NCBI RefSeq assembly: GCF_016903815.1
Contig: NZ_CP069973.1
DNA length: 64,000 bases
Source of the DNA: Escherichia coli
Lineage (GTDB): Bacteria; Pseudomonadota; Gammaproteobacteria; Enterobacterales; Enterobacteriaceae
Direction: 5' to 3' (one strand)
The notes under the pieces were generated by a model, which saw only the letters and a list, made by a program, of their open reading frames with translations, did not search any database and was not told where the DNA came from. A program made the translations under genes and the position numbers. This document shows, piece after piece, positions 12,735 to 24,029 of this stretch (position 1 is its first letter; each line of letters starts with the position of its first letter).

Positions 12735-12750
12735 TGGCACAATTATTGCT
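12735..12750 (+). promoter_or_regulatory. Sigma-54 promoter for hyp operon (TGGCAC-N5-TTGCT)
   Basis: Exact -24/-12 consensus TGGCACaattaTTGCT about 30 bp upstream of hypA start. Confidence 0.7.
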
Positions 12751-12780
12751 TGTAGCTGGCAATAGTTAATGGGAGGCGAT

Positions 12781-13131
12781 ATGCACGAAATAACCCTCTG
12801 CCAACGGGCACTGGAATTGATCGAACAGCAGGCCGCAAAACACGGCGCAAAACGCGTAACTGGGGTCTGGCTCAAAATTGGCGCATTTTCTTGTGTCGAA
12901 ACCAGCTCTCTTGCCTTTTGTTTTGATCTGGTTTGCCGCGGCAGCGTGGCGGAAGGTTGTAAACTGCACCTCGAAGAACAAGAGGCCGAATGCTGGTGTG
13001 AAACATGCCAACAGTATGTGACGCTACTGACCCAGCGCGTCCGCCGCTGTCCACAGTGTCATGGTGACATGCTACAGATTGTGGCAGACGACGGTTTACA
13101 GATTCGGCGGATAGAAATAGACCAGGAGTGA
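12781..13131 (+). CDS. hypA: Hydrogenase maturation nickel metallochaperone
   Basis: 116 aa from MHEITLCQ; CxxC...CxxC zinc site. Confidence 0.9.
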   Translation: MHEITLCQRALELIEQQAAKHGAKRVTGVWLKIGAFSCVETSSLAFCFDLVCRGSVAEGCKLHLEEQEAECWCETCQQYVTLLTQRVRRCPQCHGDMLQIVADDGLQIRRIEIDQE

Positions 13132-13134
13132 GCG

Positions 13135-14007
13135 ATGTGTACAACATGCGGTTGCGGTGAAGGCAACCTGTATATCGAGGGTGATGAACATAACCCTCAT
13201 TCCGCGTTTCGTAGCGCGCCATTTGCCCCGGCGGCACGCCCGAAGATGAAAATCACCGGCATTAAAACGCCTGAATTTACCCCCAGCCAGACTGAAGAAG
13301 GCGACCTGCATTACGGTCATGGCGAAGCGGGCACTCACGCGCCGGGCATGAGCCAGCGTCGGATGCTGGAAGTCGAAATTGACGTGCTGGACAAAAATAA
13401 CCGTCTGGCTGAACGCAACCGCGCGCGCTTTGCTGCCCGCAAGCAACTGGTGCTCAACCTGGTTTCCAGCCCTGGTTCCGGTAAAACCACCCTGCTGACG
13501 GAAACCTTAATGCGCCTGAAAGACAGCGTTCCGTGCGCGGTTATTGAAGGCGATCAGCAAACCGTGAACGATGCCGCACGCATTCGCGCTACCGGCACAC
13601 CAGCGATTCAGGTGAATACCGGTAAAGGCTGCCATCTTGACGCACAGATGATTGCCGACGCCGCACCGCGCCTGCCACTGGACGATAACGGTATTCTGTT
13701 TATCGAAAACGTCGGCAACCTCGTGTGCCCGGCCAGCTTCGATCTCGGTGAAAAACACAAAGTGGCGGTGCTTTCCGTTACCGAAGGTGAAGACAAACCG
13801 CTGAAATATCCGCATATGTTTGCCGCAGCTTCGCTGATGCTGCTCAACAAAGTTGACTTGCTGCCGTATCTCAACTTTGACGTTGAGAAGTGCATCGCCT
13901 GCGCCCGCGAAGTCAATCCAGAAATTGAAATCATCCTTATTTCCGCCACCAGCGGCGAAGGGATGGACCAGTGGCTGAACTGGCTGGAGACACAGCGATG
14001 TGCATAG
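13135..14007 (+). CDS. hypB: Hydrogenase nickel incorporation GTPase
   Basis: 290 aa; N-terminal [10 protein letters not shown] motif and P-loop GSGKTTL. Confidence 0.9.
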   Translation: MCTTCGCGEGNLYIEGDEHNPHSAFRSAPFAPAARPKMKITGIKTPEFTPSQTEEGDLHYGHGEAGTHAPGMSQRRMLEVEIDVLDKNNRLAERNRARFAARKQLVLNLVSSPGSGKTTLLTETLMRLKDSVPCAVIEGDQQTVNDAARIRATGTPAIQVNTGKGCHLDAQMIADAAPRLPLDDNGILFIENVGNLVCPASFDLGEKHKVAVLSVTEGEDKPLKYPHMFAAASLMLLNKVDLLPYLNFDVEKCIACAREVNPEIEIILISATSGEGMDQWLNWLETQRCA

Positions 14008-14270
14008 GCGTTCCCGGCCAGATCCGCACCATTGACGGCAACCAGGCGAAAGTCGACGTCTGCGGCATTCAGCGCGATGTCGATTTAACGTTAGTCGGCA
14101 GCTGCGATGAAAACGGTCAGCCGCGCGTGGGCCAGTGGGTACTGGTTCACGTTGGCTTTGCCATGAGCGTAATTAATGAAGCCGAAGCGCGCGACACTCT
14201 CGACGCCTTACAAAACATGTTTGACGTTGAGCCGGATGTCGGTGCGCTGTTGTATGGCGAGGAAAAATAA
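13998..14270 (+). CDS. hypC: Hydrogenase maturation factor HypC
   Basis: 90 aa from MCIGVPGQ (conserved N-terminal Cys2); overlaps hypB end. Confidence 0.9.
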   Translation: MCIGVPGQIRTIDGNQAKVDVCGIQRDVDLTLVGSCDENGQPRVGQWVLVHVGFAMSVINEAEARDTLDALQNMFDVEPDVGALLYGEEK

Positions 14271-15391
14271 TGCGTTTTGTTGATGAATATCGCTCGCCGG
14301 AACAGGTGATGCAGTTAATTGAGCATCTGCGCGAACGTGCTTCACATCTCTCTTACACCGCCGAACGCCCTCTGCGGATTATGGAAGTGTGCGGTGGTCA
14401 TACCCACGCCATTTTTAAATTCGGCCTCGACCAGTTGCTGCCGGAAAACGTTGAGTTTATCCACGGTCCCGGTTGCCCGGTGTGTGTACTGCCGATGGGT
14501 AGAATCGACACCTGCGTGGAGATTGCCAGCCATCCGGAAGTCATCTTCTGTACCTTTGGCGACGCCATGCGCGTGCCGGGGAAACAGGGATCGCTGTTGC
14601 AGGCAAAAGCACGCGGTGCCGATGTGCGCATCGTTTACTCGCCGATGGATGCGTTGAAACTGGCGCAGGAGAATCCAACCCGCAAAGTGGTGTTCTTCGG
14701 CTTAGGTTTTGAAACCACCATGCCGACGACGGCCATCACTCTGCAACAGGCGAAAGCGCGTGATGTGCAGAATTTTTACTTCTTCTGCCAGCATATTACG
14801 CTTATCCCGACGCTGCGCAGTTTGCTGGAAGAGCCGGATAACGGTATCGACGCGTTTCTTGCGCCCGGTCACGTTAGTATGGTTATCGGCACTGATGCCT
14901 ATAATTTTATCGCCAGCGATTTTCATCGTCCGCTGGTGGTCGCTGGTTTCGAACCCCTTGATCTACTGCAAGGCGTGGTCATGCTGGTGGAGCAGAAAAT
15001 AGCGGCCCACAGCAAGGTAGAGAATCAGTATCGTCGGGTGGTGCCGGATGCCGGTAACCTGCTGGCGCAACAGGCGATTGCCGATGTGTTCTGTGTCAAC
15101 GGCGACAGCGAATGGCGCGGCTTAGGCGTGATTGAATCTTCTGGTGTACACCTGACGCCGGATTATCAACGATTCGATGCCGAAGCGCATTTCCGCCCGG
15201 CACCGCAGCAGGTCTGCGATGACCCGCGCGCACGTTGTGGCGAAGTATTAACGGGCAAATGTAAGCCGCATCAATGCCCGCTGTTTGGTAACACCTGTAA
15301 TCCTCAAACCGCGTTTGGTGCGCTGATGGTTTCCTCCGAAGGAGCGTGCGCCGCGTGGTATCAGTATCGTCAGCAGGAGAGTGAAGCGTGA
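14270..15391 (+). CDS. hypD: Hydrogenase maturation factor HypD
   Basis: 373 aa with CGxH and GPGCPVC motifs. Confidence 0.9.
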   Translation: MRFVDEYRSPEQVMQLIEHLRERASHLSYTAERPLRIMEVCGGHTHAIFKFGLDQLLPENVEFIHGPGCPVCVLPMGRIDTCVEIASHPEVIFCTFGDAMRVPGKQGSLLQAKARGADVRIVYSPMDALKLAQENPTRKVVFFGLGFETTMPTTAITLQQAKARDVQNFYFFCQHITLIPTLRSLLEEPDNGIDAFLAPGHVSMVIGTDAYNFIASDFHRPLVVAGFEPLDLLQGVVMLVEQKIAAHSKVENQYRRVVPDAGNLLAQQAIADVFCVNGDSEWRGLGVIESSGVHLTPDYQRFDAEAHFRPAPQQVCDDPRARCGEVLTGKCKPHQCPLFGNTCNPQTAFGALMVSSEGACAAWYQYRQQESEA

Positions 15392-16398
15392 ATAATATCC
15401 AACTCGCCCACGGTAGCGGCGGCCAGGCGATGCAGCAATTAATCAACAGCCTGTTTATGGAAGCCTTTGCCAACCCGTGGCTGGCAGAGCAGGAAGATCA
15501 GGCCCGTCTTGATCTGGCGCAGCTGGTAGCGGAAGGCGACCGTCTGGCGTTCTCCACCGACAGTTACGTCATTGACCCGCTGTTCTTTCCTGGCGGTAAT
15601 ATCGGCAAGCTGGCGATTTGCGGCACCGCGAATGACGTAGCGGTCAGTGGCGCTATTCCGCGCTATCTCTCCTGTGGCTTTATCCTCGAAGAAGGATTGC
15701 CGATGGAGACACTGAAAGCCGTAGTGACCAGCATGGCAGAAACCGCCCGCGCGGCAGGCATTGCCATCGTCACTGGCGATACTAAAGTGGTGCAGCGCGG
15801 CGCGGCAGATAAACTGTTTATCAACACCGCTGGCATGGGCGCAATTCCGGCGAATATTCACTGGGGCGCACAGACGCTAACCGCAGGCGATGTATTGCTG
15901 GTTAGCGGTACACTCGGCGACCACGGGGCGACTATCCTTAACCTGCGTGAGCAGCTGGGGCTGGATGGCGAACTGGTCAGCGACTGCGCGGTGCTGACGC
16001 CGCTTATTCAGACGCTGCGTGACATTCCCGGCGTGAAAGCGCTGCGTGATGCCACCCGTGGTGGTGTGAACGCGGTAGTTCATGAGTTCGCGGCAGCCTG
16101 CGGTTGCGGTATTGAAATTTCAGAAGCGGCACTGCCGGTTAAACCTGCTGTGCGCGGCGTTACCGAACTGCTGGGACTGGACGCCCTTAACTTTGCCAAC
16201 GAAGGCAAACTGGTGATCGCCGTTGAACGCAACGCGGCAGAGCAAGTGCTGGCAGCGTTACATTCCCATCCACTGGGAAAAGACGCGGCGCTGATTGGTG
16301 AAGTGGTGGAACGTAAAGGTGTTCGTCTTGCCGGTCTGTATGGCGTGAAACGAACCCTCGATCTACCGCACGCCGAACCGCTTCCGCGTATATGCTAA
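15388..16398 (+). CDS. hypE: Hydrogenase maturation carbamoyl dehydratase HypE
   Basis: 336-aa ORF; AIR-synthase-like fold; C-terminal PRIC. Confidence 0.9.
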   Translation: MNNIQLAHGSGGQAMQQLINSLFMEAFANPWLAEQEDQARLDLAQLVAEGDRLAFSTDSYVIDPLFFPGGNIGKLAICGTANDVAVSGAIPRYLSCGFILEEGLPMETLKAVVTSMAETARAAGIAIVTGDTKVVQRGAADKLFINTAGMGAIPANIHWGAQTLTAGDVLLVSGTLGDHGATILNLREQLGLDGELVSDCAVLTPLIQTLRDIPGVKALRDATRGGVNAVVHEFAAACGCGIEISEAALPVKPAVRGVTELLGLDALNFANEGKLVIAVERNAAEQVLAALHSHPLGKDAALIGEVVERKGVRLAGLYGVKRTLDLPHAEPLPRIC

Positions 16399-16471
16399 TA
16401 AAATTCTAAATCTCCTATAGTTAGTCAATGACCTTTTGCACCGCTTTGCGGTGCTTTCCTGGAAGAACAAA

Positions 16472-18550
16472 ATGTCATATACACCGATGAGTGATCTCGG
16501 ACAACAAGGGTTGTTCGACATCACTCGGACACTATTGCAGCAGCCCGATCTGGCCTCGCTGTGTGAGGCTCTTTCGCAACTGGTAAAGCGTTCTGCGCTC
16601 GCCGACAACGCGGCTATTGTGTTGTGGCAAGCGCAGACTCAACGTGCGTCTTATTACGCATCGCGTGAAAAAGACACCCCCATTAAATATGAAGACGAAA
16701 CTGTTCTGGCACACGGTCCGGTACGCAGCATTTTGTCGCGCCCTGATACGCTGCATTGCAGTTACGAAGAATTTTGTGAAACCTGGCCGCAGCTGGCCGC
16801 AGGTGGGCTATACCCCAAATTTGGTCACTATTGCCTGATGCCACTGGCGGCGGAAGGGCATATTTTTGGTGGCTGTGAATTTATTCGTTATGACGATCGC
16901 CCCTGGAGCGAAAAAGAGTTCAATCGTCTGCAAACATTTACGCAGATCGTTTCTGTCGTCACCGAACAAATCCAGAGCCGCGTCGTCAATAATGTCGACT
17001 ATGAGTTGTTATGCCGGGAGCGCGATAACTTCCGCATCCTGGTTGCCATTACCAACGCGGTGCTTTCCCGCCTGGATATGGACGAACTGGTCAGCGAAGT
17101 CGCCAAAGAAATCCATTACTACTTCGACATTGACGATATCAGCATCGTCTTACGCAGCCACCGTAAAAACAAACTCAACATCTACTCCACTCACTATCTT
17201 GATAAACAGCATCCCGCCCACGAACAGAGCGAAGTCGATGAAGCCGGAACCCTCACCGAACGCGTGTTCAAAAGTAAAGAGATGTTGTTGATTAATCTCC
17301 ACGAGCGGGACGATTTAGCCCCCTATGAACGCATGTTGTTCGACACCTGGGGCAACCAGATTCAAACCTTGTGCCTGTTACCGCTGATGTCTGGCAACAC
17401 CATGCTGGGCGTGCTGAAACTGGCGCAATGCGAAGAGAAAGTATTTACCACTACCAATCTGAGCTTACTGCGCCAGATTGCCGAACGTGTGGCAATCGCT
17501 GTCGATAACGCCCTCGCCTATCAGGAAATTCATCGTCTGAAAGAACGGCTGGTTGATGAAAACCTCGCCCTGACCGAGCAGCTCAACAATGTTGATAGTG
17601 AATTTGGCGAGATTATTGGCCGCAGCGAAGCCATGTACAGCGTACTTAAACAAGTTGAAATGGTGGCGCAAAGTGACAGTACCGTGCTGATCCTCGGTGA
17701 AACTGGCACGGGTAAAGAGCTGATTGCCCGTGCTATCCATAATCTCAGTGGGCGTAATAATCGCCGCATGGTCAAAATGAACTGCGCGGCAATGCCTGCC
17801 GGATTGCTGGAGAGCGATCTGTTTGGTCATGAGCGTGGGGCTTTTACCGGTGCCAGCGCCCAGCGTATCGGTCGTTTTGAACTGGCGGATAAAAGCTCCC
17901 TGTTCCTCGACGAAGTGGGCGATATGCCACTGGAGTTACAGCCGAAGTTGCTGCGTGTATTACAGGAACAGGAGTTTGAACGTCTCGGCAGCAACAAAAT
18001 CATTCAGACGGACGTGCGTCTAATCGCCGCAACTAACCGCGATCTGAAAAAAATGGTCGCCGACCGTGAGTTCCGTAGCGATCTCTATTACCGCCTGAAT
18101 GTATTCCCGATCCACCTGCCGCCACTACGCGAGCGTCCGGAAGATATTCCGCTGCTGGCGAAAGCCTTTACCTTCAAAATTGCCCGTCGTCTGGGGCGCA
18201 ATATCGACAGCATTCCTGCGGAGACGCTGCGCACCTTGAGCAACATGGAGTGGCCGGGTAACGTACGCGAACTGGAAAATGTCATTGAGCGCGCGGTATT
18301 GCTAACACGCGGCAACGTGCTGCAGCTGTCATTGCCTGATATTGCTTTACCGGAGCCTGAAACGCCGCCTGCCGCAACGGTTGTCGCCCAAGAGGGCGAA
18401 GATGAATATCAGTTGATTGTTCGCGTGCTGAAAGAAACCAACGGCGTGGTTGCCGGGCCTAAAGGCGCTGCGCAACGTCTGGGGCTGAAACGCACGACCC
18501 TGCTGTCACGGATGAAGCGGCTTGGAATTGATAAATCGGCATTGATTTAA
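16472..18550 (+). CDS. fhlA: Formate hydrogenlyase transcriptional activator (sigma-54 enhancer-binding protein)
   Basis: 692 aa from MSYTPMSDLGQQG; AAA+ sigma-54 activator motifs (GETGTGKE, GAFTGA) and C-terminal HTH. Confidence 0.9.
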   Translation: MSYTPMSDLGQQGLFDITRTLLQQPDLASLCEALSQLVKRSALADNAAIVLWQAQTQRASYYASREKDTPIKYEDETVLAHGPVRSILSRPDTLHCSYEEFCETWPQLAAGGLYPKFGHYCLMPLAAEGHIFGGCEFIRYDDRPWSEKEFNRLQTFTQIVSVVTEQIQSRVVNNVDYELLCRERDNFRILVAITNAVLSRLDMDELVSEVAKEIHYYFDIDDISIVLRSHRKNKLNIYSTHYLDKQHPAHEQSEVDEAGTLTERVFKSKEMLLINLHERDDLAPYERMLFDTWGNQIQTLCLLPLMSGNTMLGVLKLAQCEEKVFTTTNLSLLRQIAERVAIAVDNALAYQEIHRLKERLVDENLALTEQLNNVDSEFGEIIGRSEAMYSVLKQVEMVAQSDSTVLILGETGTGKELIARAIHNLSGRNNRRMVKMNCAAMPAGLLESDLFGHERGAFTGASAQRIGRFELADKSSLFLDEVGDMPLELQPKLLRVLQEQEFERLGSNKIIQTDVRLIAATNRDLKKMVADREFRSDLYYRLNVFPIHLPPLRERPEDIPLLAKAFTFKIARRLGRNIDSIPAETLRTLSNMEWPGNVRELENVIERAVLLTRGNVLQLSLPDIALPEPETPPAATVVAQEGEDEYQLIVRVLKETNGVVAGPKGAAQRLGLKRTTLLSRMKRLGIDKSALI

Positions 18551-18594
18551 CAGATGTGGTTATACTCGATCAACATTCAATGAAAGGAGGCAGT

Positions 18595-19023
18595 ATGGCA
18601 GTTTCAGCAAGAAATCAATTAACCGGAACAGTTAGCGCAGTAGCAATGGGCGCTGTGAATGATGAAGTAGAACTGACGCTGGCAGGTGGTGCAAAGCTGG
18701 TGGCAATTGTGACTCACAGCAGCCAGCAAGCGCTGGGTCTGGCGAAAGGGAAAGAAGCGATTGCCCTGATTAAAGCCCCGTGGGTAACGCTGGCAACGGA
18801 AGGCTGTGGACTGAAATTCTCTGCTCGCAACCAGTTTGCTGGCAGCGTGTCGACAATCACCGAAGGCGCAGTGAACGCCACTGTCCATATCAAAACGGAT
18901 GCGGGTTTTGAAATTGTGGCAGTGGTAACAAATGAAAGTCAGGATGAAATGAAACTCACCACTGGCTCGCGCGTTATTGCATTGATCAAAGCATCAGCCA
19001 TCCTGATTGCCACCAAAGCGTAA
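18595..19023 (+). CDS. Molbindin: tandem TOBE/Mop-domain molybdate-binding protein
   Basis: About 142 aa from MAVSARNQLTGTV; two repeated Mop-like halves (SARNQ..G.V..I..GAVNA.V); AAGGAGG RBS 5 nt upstream; 45 bp after fhlA stop. Confidence 0.7.
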   Translation: MAVSARNQLTGTVSAVAMGAVNDEVELTLAGGAKLVAIVTHSSQQALGLAKGKEAIALIKAPWVTLATEGCGLKFSARNQFAGSVSTITEGAVNATVHIKTDAGFEIVAVVTNESQDEMKLTTGSRVIALIKASAILIATKA

Positions 19024-19061
19024 ACGCCTTATTTGCCGGAGAGTATGGCTCTCCGGCAGAT

Positions 19062-19406
19062 TTATTTCTTTGGACGATATTTTTCTGGCAACTCCGGCAC
19101 CGGACGCTTGTCATCGATGAGATGACGCACGGTTAAGATCGGATGACGCCACAGCATTCTCGGCCCGGCCCAACGCATAATCTGTTTCATCTCTTCACGC
19201 TTTGCAGGCTGGTAACAGTGCACCGGACACTGCTTACAGGCTGGTTTCTCTTCGCCGAACACACATTTATCCAGCCGCTTTTGCGCGTAGGCAAACAGCG
19301 CGTCGTAATGCTCCGGCTCCGCTGACGCCTGCGGGCATTTCGCTTGATAAAGATCGATCATTTTTTTAATCGTCAGTTTTTCACGAGAGATACGCTTGCC
19401 GGACAT
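19062..19406 (-). CDS. ygbA: Conserved cysteine-rich protein YgbA
   Basis: 114-aa ORF, position between fhlA region and mutS as in E. coli. Confidence 0.75.
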   Translation of the reverse strand: MSGKRISREKLTIKKMIDLYQAKCPQASAEPEHYDALFAYAQKRLDKCVFGEEKPACKQCPVHCYQPAKREEMKQIMRWAGPRMLWRHPILTVRHLIDDKRPVPELPEKYRPKK

Positions 19407-19692
19407 GCTGCCTCCATACTCTTAAGGTGTATTTATATTACAACTTAATTTGAAAGGGGACTATGGCTCTGAAGGAGGAGGTTTATTCAACCGACGCAAT
19501 TTTGCGTACCTGCTTCATAAGCATCACGCAAAAGCTGCAAAACAGCATCTTTCCCGGAATCACCATCAAGAACTCGCCGTTCGCTTCTTCCCCTGAAATG
19601 ATTAACTCCGGTATCATGTGCGCCTTATGTGATTACAACGAAAATAAAAACCATCACACCTCATTTAATATCAGGGAACCGGACATAACCCC

Positions 19693-22254
19693 ATGAGTGC
19701 AATAGAAAATTTCGATGCCCATACGCCCATGATGCAGCAGTATCTCAAGCTGAAAGCCCAGCATCCCGAGATCCTGCTGTTTTACCGGATGGGTGATTTT
19801 TATGAACTGTTTTATGACGACGCAAAACGCGCGTCGCAACTGCTGGATATTTCACTGACCAAACGCGGTGCTTCGGCGGGAGAGCCGATCCCGATGGCGG
19901 GGATCCCCTACCATGCGGTGGAAAACTACCTCGCCAAACTGGTGAATCAGGGCGAGTCCGTTGCCATCTGCGAACAAATTGGCGATCCAGCGACCAGCAA
20001 AGGTCCGGTTGAGCGCAAAGTTGTGCGTATCGTTACGCCGGGCACCATCAGCGATGAAGCGCTGTTGCAGGAGCGTCAGGATAACCTGCTGGCGGCTATC
20101 TGGCAGGACAGCAAAGGTTTCGGCTACGCGACGCTGGATATCAGTTCCGGGCGTTTTCGCCTGAGCGAACCGGCTGACCGCGAAACGATGGCGGCAGAGC
20201 TGCAACGCACTAATCCGGCAGAGCTGTTGTATGCAGAAAATTTCGCCGAGATGTCGCTGATTGAAGGTCGTCGCGGACTGCGCCGTCGCCCGCTGTGGGA
20301 GTTTGAAATCGACACCGCGCGCCAGCAGTTGAATCTGCAATTTGGCACCCGCGATCTGGTCGGTTTTGGCGTCGAGAACGCGCCGCGCGGACTTTGTGCT
20401 GCCGGTTGTCTGTTGCAGTATGCGAAAGATACTCAACGCACGACCCTGCCGCATATTCGTTCTATCACCATGGAACGTGAGCAGGACAGCATCATTATGG
20501 ATGCCGCGACGCGTCGTAACCTGGAAATTACCCAGAACCTGGCGGGCGGTGCGGAAAATACGCTGGCTTCTGTGCTCGACTGCACCGTCACGCCGATGGG
20601 CAGCCGTATGCTGAAACGCTGGCTGCATATGCCAGTGCGCGATACCCGCGTCTTGCTTGAGCGCCAGCAAACTATTGGCGCATTGCAGGATTTCACCGCC
20701 GAGCTGCAGCCGGTACTGCGTCAGGTCGGCGACCTGGAACGTATTCTGGCGCGTCTGGCTTTACGAACTGCTCGCCCACGCGATCTGGCCCGTATGCGTC
20801 ACGCTTTCCAGCAACTGCCGGAGCTGCGCGCGCAGTTAGAAAATGTCGATAGCGCTCCGGTACAGGCGCTGCGTGAAAAAATGGGCGAGTTTGCCGAGCT
20901 GCGCGATCTGCTGGAGCGAGCAATCATCGACACACCGCCGGTGCTGGTACGCGACGGTGGTGTTATCGCACCGGGCTATAACGAAGAGCTGGATGAGTGG
21001 CGCGCGCTGGCTGACGGCGCGACCGATTATCTGGAGCGTCTGGAAGTCCGCGAGCGTGAACGTACTGGCCTGGACACCCTGAAAGTCGGCTTTAACGCGG
21101 TTCATGGTTATTACATTCAGATCAGCCGTGGACAAAGCCATCTGGCACCCATCAATTACATGCGTCGCCAGACGCTGAAAAACGCCGAGCGCTACATTAT
21201 TCCAGAGCTAAAAGAGTACGAAGACAAAGTTCTCACTTCAAAAGGCAAAGCACTGGCACTGGAAAAACAGCTTTATGAAGAGCTGTTCGACCTGCTGTTG
21301 CCGCATCTGGAAGCGTTGCAACAGAGCGCGAGCGCACTGGCGGAACTCGACGTGCTGGTGAACCTGGCGGAACGGGCCTATACCCTGAACTACACCTGCC
21401 CGACCTTTATTGATAAACCGGGTATTCGCATCACCGAAGGCCGCCATCCGGTGGTTGAACAGGTGCTGAATGAGCCGTTTATCGCCAACCCGCTGAACCT
21501 GTCGCCGCAGCGTCGCATGTTGATCATTACCGGTCCGAATATGGGCGGTAAAAGTACCTATATGCGCCAGACCGCACTGATTGCGCTGATGGCCTACATC
21601 GGCAGCTATGTACCGGCACAAAAAGTCGAGATTGGACCTATCGATCGCATCTTTACCCGCGTAGGGGCAGCGGATGATCTGGCATCCGGGCGTTCAACCT
21701 TTATGGTGGAAATGACCGAAACCGCCAATATTTTACATAACGCCACCGAGTACAGTCTGGTACTGATGGATGAGATTGGGCGCGGGACGTCCACTTACGA
21801 TGGTCTGTCGCTGGCGTGGGCGTGCGCGGAAAATCTGGCGAATAAGATTAAAGCGTTGACGTTGTTTGCCACCCACTATTTCGAGCTGACCCAGTTACCG
21901 GAGAAAATGGAAGGCGTCGCCAACGTGCATCTCGATGCACTGGAGCACGGCGACACCATTGCCTTTATGCACAGCGTGCAGGATGGCGCGGCGAGCAAAA
22001 GCTACGGCCTGGCGGTTGCAGCCCTTGCGGGCGTGCCAAAAGAGGTGATCAAACGCGCGCGGCAGAAACTGCGTGAGCTGGAGAGCATTTCGCCGAATGC
22101 CGCCGCGACGCAGGTAGATGGCACGCAGATGTCTTTGCTGTCCGTACCAGAAGAAACTTCGCCTGCGGTCGAGGCACTGGAAAACCTCGACCCGGATTCA
22201 CTGACTCCGCGTCAGGCGCTGGAGTGGATTTATCGCTTGAAGAGTCTGGTGTAA
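19693..22254 (+). CDS. mutS: DNA mismatch repair protein MutS
   Basis: 853 aa; N-terminal mismatch-binding domain (GDFYELF), Walker [10 protein letters not shown]. Confidence 0.95.
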   Translation: MSAIENFDAHTPMMQQYLKLKAQHPEILLFYRMGDFYELFYDDAKRASQLLDISLTKRGASAGEPIPMAGIPYHAVENYLAKLVNQGESVAICEQIGDPATSKGPVERKVVRIVTPGTISDEALLQERQDNLLAAIWQDSKGFGYATLDISSGRFRLSEPADRETMAAELQRTNPAELLYAENFAEMSLIEGRRGLRRRPLWEFEIDTARQQLNLQFGTRDLVGFGVENAPRGLCAAGCLLQYAKDTQRTTLPHIRSITMEREQDSIIMDAATRRNLEITQNLAGGAENTLASVLDCTVTPMGSRMLKRWLHMPVRDTRVLLERQQTIGALQDFTAELQPVLRQVGDLERILARLALRTARPRDLARMRHAFQQLPELRAQLENVDSAPVQALREKMGEFAELRDLLERAIIDTPPVLVRDGGVIAPGYNEELDEWRALADGATDYLERLEVRERERTGLDTLKVGFNAVHGYYIQISRGQSHLAPINYMRRQTLKNAERYIIPELKEYEDKVLTSKGKALALEKQLYEELFDLLLPHLEALQQSASALAELDVLVNLAERAYTLNYTCPTFIDKPGIRITEGRHPVVEQVLNEPFIANPLNLSPQRRMLIITGPNMGGKSTYMRQTALIALMAYIGSYVPAQKVEIGPIDRIFTRVGAADDLASGRSTFMVEMTETANILHNATEYSLVLMDEIGRGTSTYDGLSLAWACAENLANKIKALTLFATHYFELTQLPEKMEGVANVHLDALEHGDTIAFMHSVQDGAASKSYGLAVAALAGVPKEVIKRARQKLRELESISPNAAATQVDGTQMSLLSVPEETSPAVEALENLDPDSLTPRQALEWIYRLKSLV

Positions 22255-22359
22255 TAACAATTCCCGATAGTCTTTTGCTATCGGGAATATTAACGACAAC
22301 TGACGAATCAAATAAAAACACCCTGTATAATAGGAAATCTTATTTTACAGGGTAAAACC

Positions 22360-23016
22360 ATGCCATCTACACGCTATCAAAAAATTAATGCCCATCACTA
22401 TCGTTATATATGGGCCGTTGGTGATATTCATGGTGACTATCAATTATTACAATCCCGCTTACATCAACTCTCTTTTTTCCCTGAAACCGACTTACTTATT
22501 TCTGTCGGCGATAATATTGATCGTGGGCCGGAGAGTCTTAACGTACTACGCCTGTTAAACCAGCCCTGGTTTACATCGGTTAAAGGCAACCATGAAGCGA
22601 TGGCGCTTGATGCATTCGAAACTGGCGATGGAAATATGTGGCTTGCCAGCGGCGGCGACTGGTTCTTTGAATTAAATGAGACGGAACAACAAGAAGCAAT
22701 AAATCTGTTGCTGAAATTTCATCGCCTTCCACATATTATTGAAATCACTAACGACATAATAAAATATGTCATCGCACATGCAGATTATCCGGGGAATGAA
22801 TATCTCTTTGGCAAAGAAATAGCGGAGAGAGAACTACTCTGGCCTGTTGATCGTGTGCAGAAATCGCTTAATGGCGAGTTACAACAAATAAACGGCGCTG
22901 ATTATTTTATATTTGGACATATGATGTTTGATAACATTCAGACGTTCGCAAACCAGATTTATATTGATACCGGATCGCCGAAAAGCGGGCGGCTGTCATT
23001 TTATAAAATAAAGTAG
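22360..23016 (+). CDS. pphB: Serine/threonine protein phosphatase 2
   Basis: 218 aa; calcineurin-like metallophosphatase motifs (GDIHG, GDNIDRG, GNHE). Confidence 0.85.
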   Translation: MPSTRYQKINAHHYRYIWAVGDIHGDYQLLQSRLHQLSFFPETDLLISVGDNIDRGPESLNVLRLLNQPWFTSVKGNHEAMALDAFETGDGNMWLASGGDWFFELNETEQQEAINLLLKFHRLPHIIEITNDIIKYVIAHADYPGNEYLFGKEIAERELLWPVDRVQKSLNGELQQINGADYFIFGHMMFDNIQTFANQIYIDTGSPKSGRLSFYKIK

Positions 23017-23066
23017 TCTCATGCTTCTTCTGTGAAGCATGAGTAACCCGGTGTTATTGCAGGCCA

Positions 23067-23864
23067 TTATTCATTTTTCGCTACCAGCAAAGAGAGATCC
23101 TGCTTCGCCAGCGCGCGACTGGCACTCTCCGGCAAACCGTCGTCTGTAATAATCTGATCAAACTCGCTTAATGGTAACGCCAGCCATGTCGCCACCTGAC
23201 CATATTTCGTCGCATCACAGACCAAAACTCGCTGGCGGCTGGCACTGGCAATCGCCCGTTTCACCGTGACTTTATCTTCCGCTGGCGTAGAAATCCCCCG
23301 CACACTCCATGACGATGCAGAAATAAAAGCCTGATCAATCATCAGGCTGCGCAGCATGGTCGCAGCGGCTTCCCCGACACAGGAACGGTTTTCCCGACAC
23401 ACTGCACCGCCAGTGTGAATAATTGTGCAATTACTGTTGTCGAGCAAGTAGTCCGCAATAACGAAATCGTTTGTGACCACAGTCAGTGACTCCATGTGAA
23501 TCAGATGCTGTGCTATCGCTAGCGTGGTCGTTCCCGCATCCAGATAGATACAACTTCCCGGCTGAACAAGACTTGCCGCCAGCTTGCCAATAGCCGCTTT
23601 TTGCGTCATTGCCAGCGCAGTTTTTACCTGATGAGAAGGTTCATGCGCCACGCGTCCCGGAGACTGGACGCCTCCGGACACCAGCACAACGGCTCCCTGC
23701 TGCTCCAGTTTTTGTAAATCCCGACGAATGGTCATATGTGACACATTCATTCTGTCCGTTAGTTCAGCAATACTGACAATGCCTTTTTCAGCTACCATCT
23801 CAAGGATGATTTGGCGACGCTCTACGGGTATCAACTTTTGCTCCTTCCTTTGTCCTGCTGACAT
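23067..23864 (-). CDS. ygbI: DeoR-family transcriptional regulator
   Basis: N-terminal HTH (ELTDRMNVSHMTIRRDL) plus sugar-phosphate-binding domain; divergent from ygbJ; exact start uncertain. Confidence 0.8.
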   Translation of the reverse strand: MSAGQRKEQKLIPVERRQIILEMVAEKGIVSIAELTDRMNVSHMTIRRDLQKLEQQGAVVLVSGGVQSPGRVAHEPSHQVKTALAMTQKAAIGKLAASLVQPGSCIYLDAGTTTLAIAQHLIHMESLTVVTNDFVIADYLLDNSNCTIIHTGGAVCRENRSCVGEAAATMLRSLMIDQAFISASSWSVRGISTPAEDKVTVKRAIASASRQRVLVCDATKYGQVATWLALPLSEFDQIITDDGLPESASRALAKQDLSLLVAKNE

Positions 23865-24029
23865 TCTACGCTATTTGCCTGCGAAACGTGCGCGGCGCAA
23901 CTAACGCTTAGTTCACATAAAATAACACACAATGTTAATTTTTGTGAATCAGCTCACCATATCGTTATCTTCCAGCGCCTATATTCACAATATCAAACAA
24001 AATATCACTTAAATTAACAAGGAGAGCAG

